Source: a virus. From it: a DNA stretch of 64,000 nt. The notes under the pieces were generated by a model. It was given only the letters and a program-made list of their open reading frames with translations, was not told where the DNA came from and did no database searches. The translations under genes were made by a program, and so were the position numbers. The DNA lies in IMG/VR virus record IMGVR_UViG_3300022924_000016, positions 1 through 64,000 of that record. One strand, given 5' to 3'. Position 1 is the first letter of the stretch; each line of letters begins with the position of its first letter. Below are positions 51,400-61,788 of the stretch, piece by piece.

Positions 51400-52518
51400 A
51401 TGGAACAAGGAACGCAATTATTTGACACAAAAGGTTTAGCTGAATTCTTAGAGGTTAAAGAACCTGTAATAGTAGAACAGCCGAAAGTTGAAAATGAAAT
51501 AAAAACAGTTGAAGACTTATTTGACAAGAAAGAAGAGGAAACTCCTAAAGCAGATGAGCCTAAAATAGAACCAAAACAAGAACAAAGACAGGAGGAGATT
51601 CAAGCACCCAAAGGAAGTGACTATTCTGAACTCGTTAAGTCTTTGGTCGAAAAAGGGGATTGGGGAGACTACAAGATAACAATTGCCAACGAAAATGGCG
51701 AGGATGAAGAAGTAGATATCCTAGATTTAAAACATATTGACAAAGAACTGTTTTTTGAATTGAAAGAGGCGCAAGAAGCTGAAAAGAAATCAGAATTTGA
51801 TAAAAACTATATAAGTAAGGAAGGTATAAACGAATACACTGAAAAACTTATTGAGATTTCAAAAGAAGGCGGGGATATATCACAGCTTATCCAAACCCAA
51901 TCACAGCTAATTAATCCTGTATTACAGATCAAAGAAAACAGAGATGAAAAGTCCTTAATTGATTTGGTGGCATTTAAAATGCAAAGCCAAGGATATGAAT
52001 CTGACTATATCAACTTAAAGATATCTAAGTTTTTAAAAGATGGAACTTTAGATGAAGAAGCTGATAAAGTCATTAACGAGATAGAAACAAACTACAATAC
52101 ACATCTCGAAAATACCAAATTACAATTAAAACAGCAGAGAGAGCAGGTTGAAAAAGACAGAAAGGAATACAGGAAAACCCTTTCAGATAAAATCAACGTA
52201 TTCAATCTAAAAGAGCACGACAAAAGAAAGACTCTAGAAACAGCTTCAAAATATGATGAGAATGGAGTATCAGAAGCAGAGAAACTTTTTTATAAAATCA
52301 GGCAGGAAGACCCTGAAAGATTCTTAGAAGTGGTAATGCTCTTATCAGATAAAGAAATGTTTGAAAGCGTAAAATATACAAAAGCAAAAAATGAGGCAAC
52401 GATAGGTACATTTAAAAAAGTACTCCAAATCAAAGCTAAAACAAATACGGCAGAGAAAACTCCCGAAAAGAAAGAAGACGGTTTTGAAGCCCTCTTCAAG
52501 ACCAAGCAATCCTTATAA
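51400..52518 (+). CDS. acidic coiled-coil scaffold-like protein
   Basis: E/K-rich; lies between portal and MCP. Confidence 0.6.
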   Translation: MEQGTQLFDTKGLAEFLEVKEPVIVEQPKVENEIKTVEDLFDKKEEETPKADEPKIEPKQEQRQEEIQAPKGSDYSELVKSLVEKGDWGDYKITIANENGEDEEVDILDLKHIDKELFFELKEAQEAEKKSEFDKNYISKEGINEYTEKLIEISKEGGDISQLIQTQSQLINPVLQIKENRDEKSLIDLVAFKMQSQGYESDYINLKISKFLKDGTLDEEADKVINEIETNYNTHLENTKLQLKQQREQVEKDRKEYRKTLSDKINVFNLKEHDKRKTLETASKYDENGVSEAEKLFYKIRQEDPERFLEVVMLLSDKEMFESVKYTKAKNEATIGTFKKVLQIKAKTNTAEKTPEKKEDGFEALFKTKQSL

Positions 52519-52540
52519 ACATTAAAATTAAAAAAGACAA

Positions 52541-54238
52541 ATGAGTTTTTACACAAACCATGTAGCGAATAGAAATTCTGATATGGCTGTTGCATTTACA
52601 ACGGCAGACGCAGCGAGGTCATTAGTATCTCAACAAGGATATCAAGACTATTCAACATTACAAGACATTTATGAGGAAGATCCTCTAAAAAATCACTTAG
52701 GACTTATCAATCAATTTGGTGAGCAAGGAGACGTATCAGTAGTACCATTCTACCAAGACGCACTATCTTCAGGAGCAATTCTGGAAGTAAACGGATGGGA
52801 AGGAAAGTTCCACTATGACTTACCTATCGAAACAGATAACAGAACAAAGACTACAGGAGATACTTCTGACCAACCTTTGGCAGGTATCGATGGAACAACT
52901 TTCCAGATTATCTTGAACAAAGAGTTCGCTCCAAATACAACTTTGACAGCAAATGCCATCGATGATGAAGGTATGACTATTGTTGTTTCAGATGCAGAAC
53001 CAGTTCAGGCAGTATCAGGAGGATTCTTGCATACAGTTGTTTTAGGAACTAATGATTCTGAAAAAACTTATGACACATCTCTTTTAAAATCTGATGTTAC
53101 TTATATTGATTCAGGTCATGGAGTTGCAGAGTATGGAGAAAAACTAGCCTTGGCTCATTTAGAAGCAGGTTCAAACTATCAAACTTTTGAATTCCAAATT
53201 GGTTCTCCAATGGGAGCTGAAACTTTCTATACAGGAAAGGCCAACGAAGTAGATTTAGCTTGGGGTAAAACGAGTTCTAGAGATTTGATTTCAGATGTTG
53301 AGAATTATGCAGCACAAGGAATGGAAATTGCTTTCCTAAAACAAAACGTACCAGGAAGAGGAACAGTTAAATCTGTAGCTTCTATGATGCAAATCTTGAC
53401 TATCAGAAAATTTAATACTTTAATGTCTCGCTCATTAATGTGGCAGAGAGGTTTCACAATCAAAACTGAAAAAGGTATCGTAAGATATAATGAAGGATTG
53501 TGGCATCAGATGAGAAGAGGATTTATTTTGACATACGCAAAACGTATGGGAATGAAACCAAGCCATTTAGCAGTTTTAGCTGATTATGTATTCAAGCAAA
53601 ACCCTATGATGGATGTTATTGATAGAGTATTGAGATTCAAGACAGGTACAGAACTTGGAAAGAACTTCGAGATGATTTATCAAAATGAATTTAACGAACA
53701 GATTAACCGTATTGCACCTCTTTTAGGAGCAGACAGAGTAATGACTACAAGCCCTGTTTCGGGGCCTTGGGATGCCTTGATTCTTAAGCCTGTAAAAGTA
53801 AAATCAGTTTACTTGCCAGGAATTGGACAAGTTGAGCATACAGTCGACAAAGGGTTGGATTACGCAGCACAAGGGCTTCAAGACAGAAGATTCCAAGGAG
53901 CTAATGCTAATGGATTCTCAAGCACTACTTACTCAGGAATTATGTGGGATGTAACAGACCAAGCATACTCAAATAACGGTAGAATGCCAGCAGGAGTTAC
54001 AAACATCGGAGGAAATGACAAAGCTAATATCCACTTGGTTGTACCAAAAGGAGATAAAGTTTTCTGGGGTACTGAAAATGGACGTTACAGCTCTAAATCT
54101 GCAAAAGATATTGTAGCTTCAAGAAAAACAATGACAGAATCATTCTTCATTTACGGTTCTGCTTCAACTTGGATGAGAGACCCTTCTAAATTTGCAATGA
54201 TTGAATTGGCAAAAGAAGCACGTAGAGGTTACAACTAA
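52541..54238 (+). CDS. major capsid protein
   Basis: 565 aa, strong codon bias, position after portal and scaffold, followed by a terminator; C-terminal W..DPS...IEL. Confidence 0.75.
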   Translation: MSFYTNHVANRNSDMAVAFTTADAARSLVSQQGYQDYSTLQDIYEEDPLKNHLGLINQFGEQGDVSVVPFYQDALSSGAILEVNGWEGKFHYDLPIETDNRTKTTGDTSDQPLAGIDGTTFQIILNKEFAPNTTLTANAIDDEGMTIVVSDAEPVQAVSGGFLHTVVLGTNDSEKTYDTSLLKSDVTYIDSGHGVAEYGEKLALAHLEAGSNYQTFEFQIGSPMGAETFYTGKANEVDLAWGKTSSRDLISDVENYAAQGMEIAFLKQNVPGRGTVKSVASMMQILTIRKFNTLMSRSLMWQRGFTIKTEKGIVRYNEGLWHQMRRGFILTYAKRMGMKPSHLAVLADYVFKQNPMMDVIDRVLRFKTGTELGKNFEMIYQNEFNEQINRIAPLLGADRVMTTSPVSGPWDALILKPVKVKSVYLPGIGQVEHTVDKGLDYAAQGLQDRRFQGANANGFSSTTYSGIMWDVTDQAYSNNGRMPAGVTNIGGNDKANIHLVVPKGDKVFWGTENGRYSSKSAKDIVASRKTMTESFFIYGSASTWMRDPSKFAMIELAKEARRGYN

Positions 54239-54254
54239 AATAGAATAAGCATAT

Positions 54255-54289
54255 CCTCCCTTGACCTAAGAAAATCAGGGGAGGTTTTT
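54255..54289 (+). terminator. intrinsic terminator after MCP
   Basis: CCTCCCTTGA...TCAGGGGAGG + TTTTT. Confidence 0.8.
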
Positions 54290-54317
54290 AAAAGAAAAAA
54301 GAGAAAAACAAAACAAA

Positions 54318-55280
54318 ATGAGTGAAGTAACACTAAAAGTGGGGAATACCGAAATTACAGTAGGTGGGAACCATAAATATACAATTATTGGAAAGCCTGA
54401 TTTGGATGCCCCAAAAGGTTTTGCTGAATATGATACTTCAAAATACCTGATGTCAGGAATTGGAGAAAAACATTCAGTGCCTTACGATTCACAATTAGAC
54501 TGCTATGATACATCTTTTGATAAAGATTCAGCTTCTAACGAAGGGGTTGAAGAAAGTATAATCAAAAACTATGTAACTCATATCCAAAAACCTTATGAAA
54601 CAAGATTCAAAAAGAAATTAGATTCTACTAATGATGAGTTTTGGGGAGAAGGCGGAGATAAAGGCTTTATGATGGATTTGTACATAGGTAAAGTTTTTGA
54701 TATGAATAACTTTAAGCACCGTTTGGAGTTGTTCCAAGCTTTGAAAAAAGGACACATCTGTGAAAAAGGCGAAAAAGACCACTTCTATCAAAAAGCTAAA
54801 TATTGCATCGTAGACAATAATAAAAAACAAAATGTAAAAGAGAAAAAAGCAAAAGACAAAGCAAAAGCATTCTTTACTTTTATGAATCTCTTGAACGAAA
54901 TTGAAGAGAACGATGACCTTTATTCAATCTTGGAATGGATTAATTTCCCAAATCCAAGAGGAACAGACAAGGATACTTTAATGACACAAGTTTCTATCTT
55001 CTTTGATAACCTTACCACAGGACAAAAGAACTGTGAGAAATTTATGGAAGCCTATGGTATGCTTGATGACAAGGACAAAAAAGTTGAAATGGAGTATTTC
55101 TCAGCCTTGAACAAGCTAAACCATAACAAGAAACTTACATACAGAAGAAGTCAATACTATCTTGGAGATCTTCTTTTAGGAAACAGCTTAAAAGCAGCCG
55201 CTAAAGTCGCAGTACAAAAAGACGAAAAAGCTTCCCAGCTTAAAAAAGCAATTCAAGACGAATTAGACAATATAGAATAA
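54318..55280 (+). CDS. conserved head-module protein
   Basis: 320 aa; synteny with the gene following MCP in crAss-like phages. Confidence 0.6.
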   Translation: MSEVTLKVGNTEITVGGNHKYTIIGKPDLDAPKGFAEYDTSKYLMSGIGEKHSVPYDSQLDCYDTSFDKDSASNEGVEESIIKNYVTHIQKPYETRFKKKLDSTNDEFWGEGGDKGFMMDLYIGKVFDMNNFKHRLELFQALKKGHICEKGEKDHFYQKAKYCIVDNNKKQNVKEKKAKDKAKAFFTFMNLLNEIEENDDLYSILEWINFPNPRGTDKDTLMTQVSIFFDNLTTGQKNCEKFMEAYGMLDDKDKKVEMEYFSALNKLNHNKKLTYRRSQYYLGDLLLGNSLKAAAKVAVQKDEKASQLKKAIQDELDNIE

Positions 55281-55281
55281 T

Positions 55282-55941
55282 ATGACACCCGAAGATATCT
55301 ATCTAATATATTTGACCAAGGCGGAAAAAAACCTTACAAATGATGCAAAATCAACAGATAGAGGAAGGTTTCAAATACTATGGAACAACCAGCAGATAGT
55401 CTATTACCGCAGGCTACTTGAAATGAAAGGGAGTGATAACATAAGAGAAGCTCAAATTTTTCTAGAAATATCAAAACCTTTGGAACTAGATTCCAGAACA
55501 ACCCAATCTTCAAGATTCAAACTACCCCAAAACTTTTTCGACTTAGGAGACATAGAGGCTTACGCCACAAAAGAAGAATGCAAAAACCAAAAGATTTTTC
55601 TCTATGAAACATCTCCTGAGAATTACACGGAATATTTAAGAAACTCAGACACAAAACCAGACTTCCTATGGAGAGAAAGCTTATACTCTCTCTCCTCGGA
55701 TACGGTTGAAATATTCCAAGACGACTTCACGATAGAAAAAGTTAAAATGTCCTACTACCAAAACCCAACGGAAATCAAATTGATGCAAGAAAATAATCCA
55801 GAGTCAGACTTTGACGATGACTTCATCATAGAGTGGGATGACAAATCAATTTACAAAATTATCGACCTATGTGTCCTAGAATTTGACACATCGGCTAACT
55901 CAAACAGGATAAATCCTGATTTAAACAGATTACAAAACTAA
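55282..55941 (+). CDS. putative neck/ring (head-tail adaptor) protein
   Basis: 219 aa; KPDF.WRE, YY..P motifs; synteny. Confidence 0.5.
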   Translation: MTPEDIYLIYLTKAEKNLTNDAKSTDRGRFQILWNNQQIVYYRRLLEMKGSDNIREAQIFLEISKPLELDSRTTQSSRFKLPQNFFDLGDIEAYATKEECKNQKIFLYETSPENYTEYLRNSDTKPDFLWRESLYSLSSDTVEIFQDDFTIEKVKMSYYQNPTEIKLMQENNPESDFDDDFIIEWDDKSIYKIIDLCVLEFDTSANSNRINPDLNRLQN

Positions 55942-55961
55942 CAAAAATTAAATAAGAAACG

Positions 55962-58106
55962 ATGCCAGGTATTCATTCAGCATTATCTCGCCACCTTTTT
56001 ACAATTGATGGCGCAGTAAAGACAGCAGGGGTAGGATCAAAATTAGCCCAGGGACAGTTTGCATTAGTGCAAAAAGACAAACCAGTTACAATTGGAACGC
56101 AATCAGGAGCGGCAGTATTGAGCGCAGGCTTGATTTCAGCACTTTCTCCTAATGCGCAATTGGAAATGAGAATGGGAAAATTCCAACTTCCTAATCCAAC
56201 AAACGTATATAATAACAAACCTAACTCTTCTGAGGTATTCAGATTAGGAGATATCAAGGCTATTAAAACAGTTGCACCTAAATATTCAGAACAGGAATTT
56301 GATTCTTGGATTATCGGCTATGACGGTATCAACCCTTCAACAGCTTTAACAATTCCAGAAGGAGGTTACTCGGTAGTAGATATTTCTTTCTGCGGAGATG
56401 CTTTGGAGTTTGTTACGGGTACTAAAAAACATTTGGCAAAATTCCACATTCAAAGAGAAGTGGGACAGTCAATGAAAGAAGTAATTGAAGAACTTTATAG
56501 AAATATTCAAAACTATACTATTCAAGGAAACATTCCTTTGACTTCACTAGCTTCTGTAAAACTAGTAGATTCTACGGGAGAAGCATTGACAGGAGACGAA
56601 TATGTATTCGCAACTTTGACAGTACAAGACCAAGGAGAGCCAGCAGATTTGGCAAGAATCCAAGCGCAGTATGATTACACAGTAGTTTTAAAAGAGCGTC
56701 AAGGAATTAATTCTGTTTATTCAGTAGTAAGACCAGAAGGAGTTGCTTTAGCAGATTACGTGAGAACCTTCGGAGGTTACGTTAAAGGTTGTGAGGACTG
56801 TCCAGCAGGATATACAGAACTTGCAGGCGGTGTAATTTATTCAGTGTCTCTAGAAGATGACGGAGGAAGTTCAGCAGCATTAGTACAAGCACTTCCAGGA
56901 GCAGTAGCAGCATCAGCAGTAAAAGTAGGAAACAGTGATGGTATGGGAACATACACAGTTGTTTTAGATAACGAACTTACTGTAGCTGAAATCAATACTT
57001 TCGTAGCGGCAGGGACAATACAAAAAACCGCAGAAATTCAATTAGTAGGACTTGTATCTGATTTGTGTAACAATACAACAGAAACAGAATTTGCATGGGT
57101 TGATGGAGAAAGCTGTTTCGCCTCTACTGAAACTTACCAAATCCAACTTCAAGATGACGATTGCGACGGTTCAAGACTAGCTGAATTGCAACTAGCTTAC
57201 CCACAATTGACAATTGCAGTAGTTAATACGGATTTTGCTACAAGAACAGTGACATTGACAGGAACATCAGGAACAGCTAACGTTTCAGTTAAAGGTACAA
57301 ACTACTTGGCAACTTTTGCAACGAGCCTTGCAGTTACGGCTACAAACTTCGTTACAACGCATTCTGCCGCTTTAGCAACAGCAGGAGTACAAGTTACAGC
57401 AAATGGAGCAGTTTTGACTTTCAGAGCCTTAAATGCAGATGTAACAGGTATTACAATCACAAATGCAACTACAAACTTAGCAGGAACTTTAGGAGCAGTT
57501 ACTCCAATCGCTTCACAAGGAGGATGCCAGACAGTTTATCAAACAACAGTAGCAACAGACCTAGTTTGTGAAGACTGCGACCCTATCTTCACAGAACTTT
57601 TCACTTCGGAAGCTCCTAACGCTTATGAAGGAATTGAATGGAGAAGATTAGATGTTGTAGAAGACGCAGAAGGATTAATGGGAATCAAGATTACAGGTAA
57701 GCCAATCATCCAAAGACCAGATGATATCGCAAAAGACCAAATCCCTTACTATGAAACTTCTGTAAGAATTATGGTTGCTGGCGGATACGCTGAAGAAATC
57801 AACTTATCAACTTATGTGAACATCGAACCTTTTGCTATAAAGCAATTGAGCTGGGCACAAGACAGAGATAATTTAGGATGGCATTTGTTAGGATGGGAAG
57901 AAGCATCAAGAGTGTATTTTGAAGGAACTTTCCGCCATAAAGACAATATGTATGCAAGACAAGTATTGGGAGAAGCTTCTAATTTGAATTTCTCAGCACA
58001 ATATGTAGGTTTTGAAATCACTATAATGGATAGAAAATTCTCTCAAGGAGTAGGGCACACTTCCAATATCGGAACAAGCTATACAATTTGGGCAGAAGTC
58101 GGATAA
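55962..58106 (+). CDS. abundant virion structural protein; frame continues past TAA to 58184
   Basis: 714 aa, MCP-like codon bias, Cys pairs, Ala/Thr-rich insertion; terminator follows. Confidence 0.7.
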   Translation: MPGIHSALSRHLFTIDGAVKTAGVGSKLAQGQFALVQKDKPVTIGTQSGAAVLSAGLISALSPNAQLEMRMGKFQLPNPTNVYNNKPNSSEVFRLGDIKAIKTVAPKYSEQEFDSWIIGYDGINPSTALTIPEGGYSVVDISFCGDALEFVTGTKKHLAKFHIQREVGQSMKEVIEELYRNIQNYTIQGNIPLTSLASVKLVDSTGEALTGDEYVFATLTVQDQGEPADLARIQAQYDYTVVLKERQGINSVYSVVRPEGVALADYVRTFGGYVKGCEDCPAGYTELAGGVIYSVSLEDDGGSSAALVQALPGAVAASAVKVGNSDGMGTYTVVLDNELTVAEINTFVAAGTIQKTAEIQLVGLVSDLCNNTTETEFAWVDGESCFASTETYQIQLQDDDCDGSRLAELQLAYPQLTIAVVNTDFATRTVTLTGTSGTANVSVKGTNYLATFATSLAVTATNFVTTHSAALATAGVQVTANGAVLTFRALNADVTGITITNATTNLAGTLGAVTPIASQGGCQTVYQTTVATDLVCEDCDPIFTELFTSEAPNAYEGIEWRRLDVVEDAEGLMGIKITGKPIIQRPDDIAKDQIPYYETSVRIMVAGGYAEEINLSTYVNIEPFAIKQLSWAQDRDNLGWHLLGWEEASRVYFEGTFRHKDNMYARQVLGEASNLNFSAQYVGFEITIMDRKFSQGVGHTSNIGTSYTIWAEVG

Positions 58107-58196
58107 CACCAAGACCTCCAAGTCTTAGTAAACCAACTGGCCGCTAAAGTTGGGATTCCAGTGGAGAAAGCTTTTGTAGCATAATAGATTAAAAAT

Positions 58197-58228
58197 AGAG
58201 GGAGGTGTAAAAAGCTTCCCTCTTATAT
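58197..58228 (+). terminator. probable intrinsic terminator
   Basis: AGAGGGAG...CTTCCCTCT hairpin + T/A run. Confidence 0.65.
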
Positions 58229-58252
58229 TAATAACAATAAAATTATAATACT

Positions 58253-58747
58253 TTGAAGATTGATATAGATTTTTACGTCCTGCCTACTTCACCAAGAACG
58301 ATAGCAGTATATGATGACAGTGATTGGTCTTATGCTTCAAAGAAGACTGCTTATATACAGATAGTGCCACCAGGATCAAAGAAATGCACAACCCTGACTT
58401 TTCGCAAGAATAATATTAATATTATTAATGCGAAAGATTTAGGACTCGGATGCGGAGACTTGCCTGATGGGATTTACGAGATTAAAGTTCTGAGCAAGTT
58501 TGAAGATATCAGTGAAAGCAAATACTATCTCAAAACAGACTCTTTAGAATTCCAACTATCAAAAAAGATAATAAAAATAAATGAGCTTTCATATTTCGGC
58601 GAAAAAGAAATAAAAAGTGTGTTTCAACTAAAATGGCTATTAGAGGTTGCTAAATCTTACATAAAGGAAGGTAATTATCAAAAAGCTGTACAATCATATA
58701 ATTCTGCCAAAACTTTAGCAGAGTCAATAAACTGTGAATCATGTTAG
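58253..58747 (+). CDS. putative virion protein
   Basis: D.SDW...LPDGIYEI motif typical of crAss-like structural modules. Confidence 0.6.
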   Translation: MKIDIDFYVLPTSPRTIAVYDDSDWSYASKKTAYIQIVPPGSKKCTTLTFRKNNINIINAKDLGLGCGDLPDGIYEIKVLSKFEDISESKYYLKTDSLEFQLSKKIIKINELSYFGEKEIKSVFQLKWLLEVAKSYIKEGNYQKAVQSYNSAKTLAESINCESC

Positions 58748-59070
58748 CAGGACAGATAAGTTTTAAAAAGTACTCTTATGATGACATTGAAAAAACAGCA
58801 CAAGAGAATTACCAAAAACATTATAAATATAAACATTTCAGGATAGGTTCGGACATAGACTTCTTAAAGGACTATTTTAAAATGGAAGCCTATAGAAATT
58901 TCTATGAGTGTCTGGAAGATGAAATAAAAGAAGAGATAAACAATCAAACTCAAAAGAAGTGTAAAAAACACGGATTAAAAGCACATTGCAATCACTATAA
59001 GGAACATAAATGTGATTGGTGTGAAGAATTCAAGATATTAAGAGAATGTGCGCCAAAAATAGAATGGTAA
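58741..59070 (+). CDS. hypothetical Cys/His-rich protein
   Basis: 109 aa. Confidence 0.55.
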   Translation: MLAGQISFKKYSYDDIEKTAQENYQKHYKYKHFRIGSDIDFLKDYFKMEAYRNFYECLEDEIKEEINNQTQKKCKKHGLKAHCNHYKEHKCDWCEEFKILRECAPKIEW

Positions 59071-61775
59071 CTATGGAATGTGAAAAAGAAAAGTGCAAAG
59101 AAAACAGCATAAATTGGGTAAAGAATTTGCCTTCAAAACCATGTCCTAATTCCATATACTTTCTAAAGACTTCTGATGGAGTTTTGATGTATGTATCTTC
59201 TCTTACAGGAGTACTTACTCAAATAGGCGGTTCTAGTCAAGGAGGTGATATAACAATAACTTCACCTGATTCAAGCATCACAGTAACTGAGAACGGGCAA
59301 GATTTTCAAATTAAAGTTTCAGATATTCTTCAAAGTCTCATACAATCTGCATTACAACCAGGAAATAATGTATCAGAACTTGTAAATGACGCAGGGTACT
59401 TAACGGAATTAGGAGAACAGTTTCAAACAGTAGCTACAGATTCTTATGTAGGAGATAGGTTAGTTCCAGTAGATGCAAATATAAACGGCCTCCTGATAAA
59501 TAAAAACTCAAATACAAGAAACGGATTTGAAGCAGTAAACATAAATGCAGGAAATGGAGCAACTTCTTCAATAGTGGCTAGAGGTTCCGCAAATCTATAT
59601 GAAAAAAGCATTTCAATGCAATGGTTTGGATCAGGTTATTTTGTACCCTACTTAAGAGATAAGGGAGCTATAACTTCAACTAATGATATTGTAATTGCAC
59701 CAACAAATAATACAGGAGTAGATTTCAAGACAGGAAGTACAATTTCGACACTTACAACTAAGATGAAGTTGGACGGGGATGGAACTCTGAATATAATCAC
59801 ACAGCCCATAACAGATAACACAGTCACAAAAGGACTCGCAAGAAAATCAGATGGAAAGGTTGTTGAATTTGACATACAAGGAGAAACATTGCAAGACTTA
59901 CAATCTGTAACAGATGAAGGTCAAATTACTACAAATAGTATGGCTATTATTGGAGAATCTAAATCCTTTAATGTTAACAGTGATTCCTCTGGAGATAATT
60001 CTGCTGGAATGTATCTAGAGGGCACTACTCCTAAATTTCAAATTAGAAAAGGATTAGTTGACTATAATATATACGCTCAAAATATAAATTCTATTGTCAA
60101 CAGACAAGCTTCTAATCAATCAGGTTATGAAGTAGTTTCAGTGAATGGAAATCTAGCGGACTCTAATGGTAACGTATTAGTATCGGCAGGTGGTAATTTC
60201 ATCCCTCTTACAGGAACAACAGAAGGTAATCCTGTTACTGGGGATATTGAAATGTATAATCCTGCAAACGACGATTCTTATAAAATTAGTGCTTCAGATG
60301 ATTTTTCAGTATATAGAACTTCAGACGGAAAAGGATTCGGAATGAATTCTACAGGTATTAATTTTAATTTTGACGAAGACTCTAAAGGAATTCAAGGTTC
60401 TTTTTTATACGACAAGCAAGATGACCCAAATGCTTTTGCACAGATGGGAGATTTAAATATAAAAGTTTCAAAAGGATTAATCTCAGGAGATTCTACGATT
60501 GCAGCTTACCTAGGACAAAACGCAGTAGCCAGTTACATACTAACTTTTGCAGATATTTCCGCAGGAACAACTCTAACAGATATAGCAGTTCCAGGTCATA
60601 CAATTACACAACAAAAAGCTAATTGGTTAGCTCTCACTGACCAAAATACTTACGATTGGATTATTGTTGAGATTGGATTAAACGATACGGATGACGGAGA
60701 AACTGTTTCAGGAGCAATTTCTAAATATCAAGATTATATAGACACCATTAATCTTACTAGAAAAGCAAGTTCTAAATTAATAATTGGAACAATGACTCCT
60801 TGTAGAGCAGTTGCAGGTATTGATTATTCTGTATGGCTAGGACTTAATGAAGCCATTATGGGCGGTGGAGCTACACCTATTACAGGAGTAGATATTAGAG
60901 TAAACAATCACACTCTTTTGCTTTCAGACGTAAATGATAATTTATTACCAGCTTACGATATGGGAGACCATATCCACGAAAATAATTTAGCTAGAAATGT
61001 AATAGGCTGGTCTTACAGAAGAGTATTGAGAGATATAAATTATATTCCTCAATCAAGTATTAATACTACAGAAAAACTTACAAGTACTGCTGGAGGATAT
61101 GTTGATCTTATCAATAATCAAACTATTGCTGGAGAAAAGTCTTTTACAGATACTTTACTTTATAAAGTTGGTAGTCAATCTGTAGGATTTGGAAAAGATG
61201 GCACAGACCCTGTTTTACTATTTAACGGTGCATATAGAATGCTACACAGTGCAGGTTATGGAACAATATTTAATGTTTCACCAGGAGAAAATTATGCATG
61301 GAGAATAGGTAATAATTTAAATATTGAAATGCATTTACATCCTGATGGTAATTTAGCTAATGGTTTTGCTTATAATGTAAATACAGGAGAAAAGCTTCAG
61401 ATTAATGGAGATGGTAAATTTGTAGGTAAAGTTTCTGGATTAGATGCAGTATTACCTGAACATTTTGTACCACTTGGTCAATTGTCTAGTAATACGTTAT
61501 CATCGGCTAGCTCATTAGCATTATTACCTACAAGCAAAGTAATGTACTACAGCTATACAGGAGCAACAGCCACAACTTGGACATTACCGACAATAGCAAG
61601 TAATTCTAGAACAAGGTTTGTATTAATAAATACAGGGACAGGCACTATAACACTGAACAGTAGTTCTGGAGGAAACGATATATGGGATTCAGGAACTGTC
61701 ACAAACACTTACCCTATATCTCCAGGCTCTAGTATGGAGCTATTCAATAATGGAAATTCTTATATAATACTTTAA
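59046..61775 (+). CDS. tail fibre/spike with SGNH (GDSL) esterase domain
   Basis: Fibre motifs (SELVND.GY, LQSVTD.G, VVSVNG, NQTIAG.K.F); SGNH blocks GDS, G, GLND, DHIH. Confidence 0.75.
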   Translation: MCAKNRMVTMECEKEKCKENSINWVKNLPSKPCPNSIYFLKTSDGVLMYVSSLTGVLTQIGGSSQGGDITITSPDSSITVTENGQDFQIKVSDILQSLIQSALQPGNNVSELVNDAGYLTELGEQFQTVATDSYVGDRLVPVDANINGLLINKNSNTRNGFEAVNINAGNGATSSIVARGSANLYEKSISMQWFGSGYFVPYLRDKGAITSTNDIVIAPTNNTGVDFKTGSTISTLTTKMKLDGDGTLNIITQPITDNTVTKGLARKSDGKVVEFDIQGETLQDLQSVTDEGQITTNSMAIIGESKSFNVNSDSSGDNSAGMYLEGTTPKFQIRKGLVDYNIYAQNINSIVNRQASNQSGYEVVSVNGNLADSNGNVLVSAGGNFIPLTGTTEGNPVTGDIEMYNPANDDSYKISASDDFSVYRTSDGKGFGMNSTGINFNFDEDSKGIQGSFLYDKQDDPNAFAQMGDLNIKVSKGLISGDSTIAAYLGQNAVASYILTFADISAGTTLTDIAVPGHTITQQKANWLALTDQNTYDWIIVEIGLNDTDDGETVSGAISKYQDYIDTINLTRKASSKLIIGTMTPCRAVAGIDYSVWLGLNEAIMGGGATPITGVDIRVNNHTLLLSDVNDNLLPAYDMGDHIHENNLARNVIGWSYRRVLRDINYIPQSSINTTEKLTSTAGGYVDLINNQTIAGEKSFTDTLLYKVGSQSVGFGKDGTDPVLLFNGAYRMLHSAGYGTIFNVSPGENYAWRIGNNLNIEMHLHPDGNLANGFAYNVNTGEKLQINGDGKFVGKVSGLDAVLPEHFVPLGQLSSNTLSSASSLALLPTSKVMYYSYTGATATTWTLPTIASNSRTRFVLINTGTGTITLNSSSGGNDIWDSGTVTNTYPISPGSSMELFNNGNSYIIL

Positions 61776-61788
61776 ATTACAACGATTA

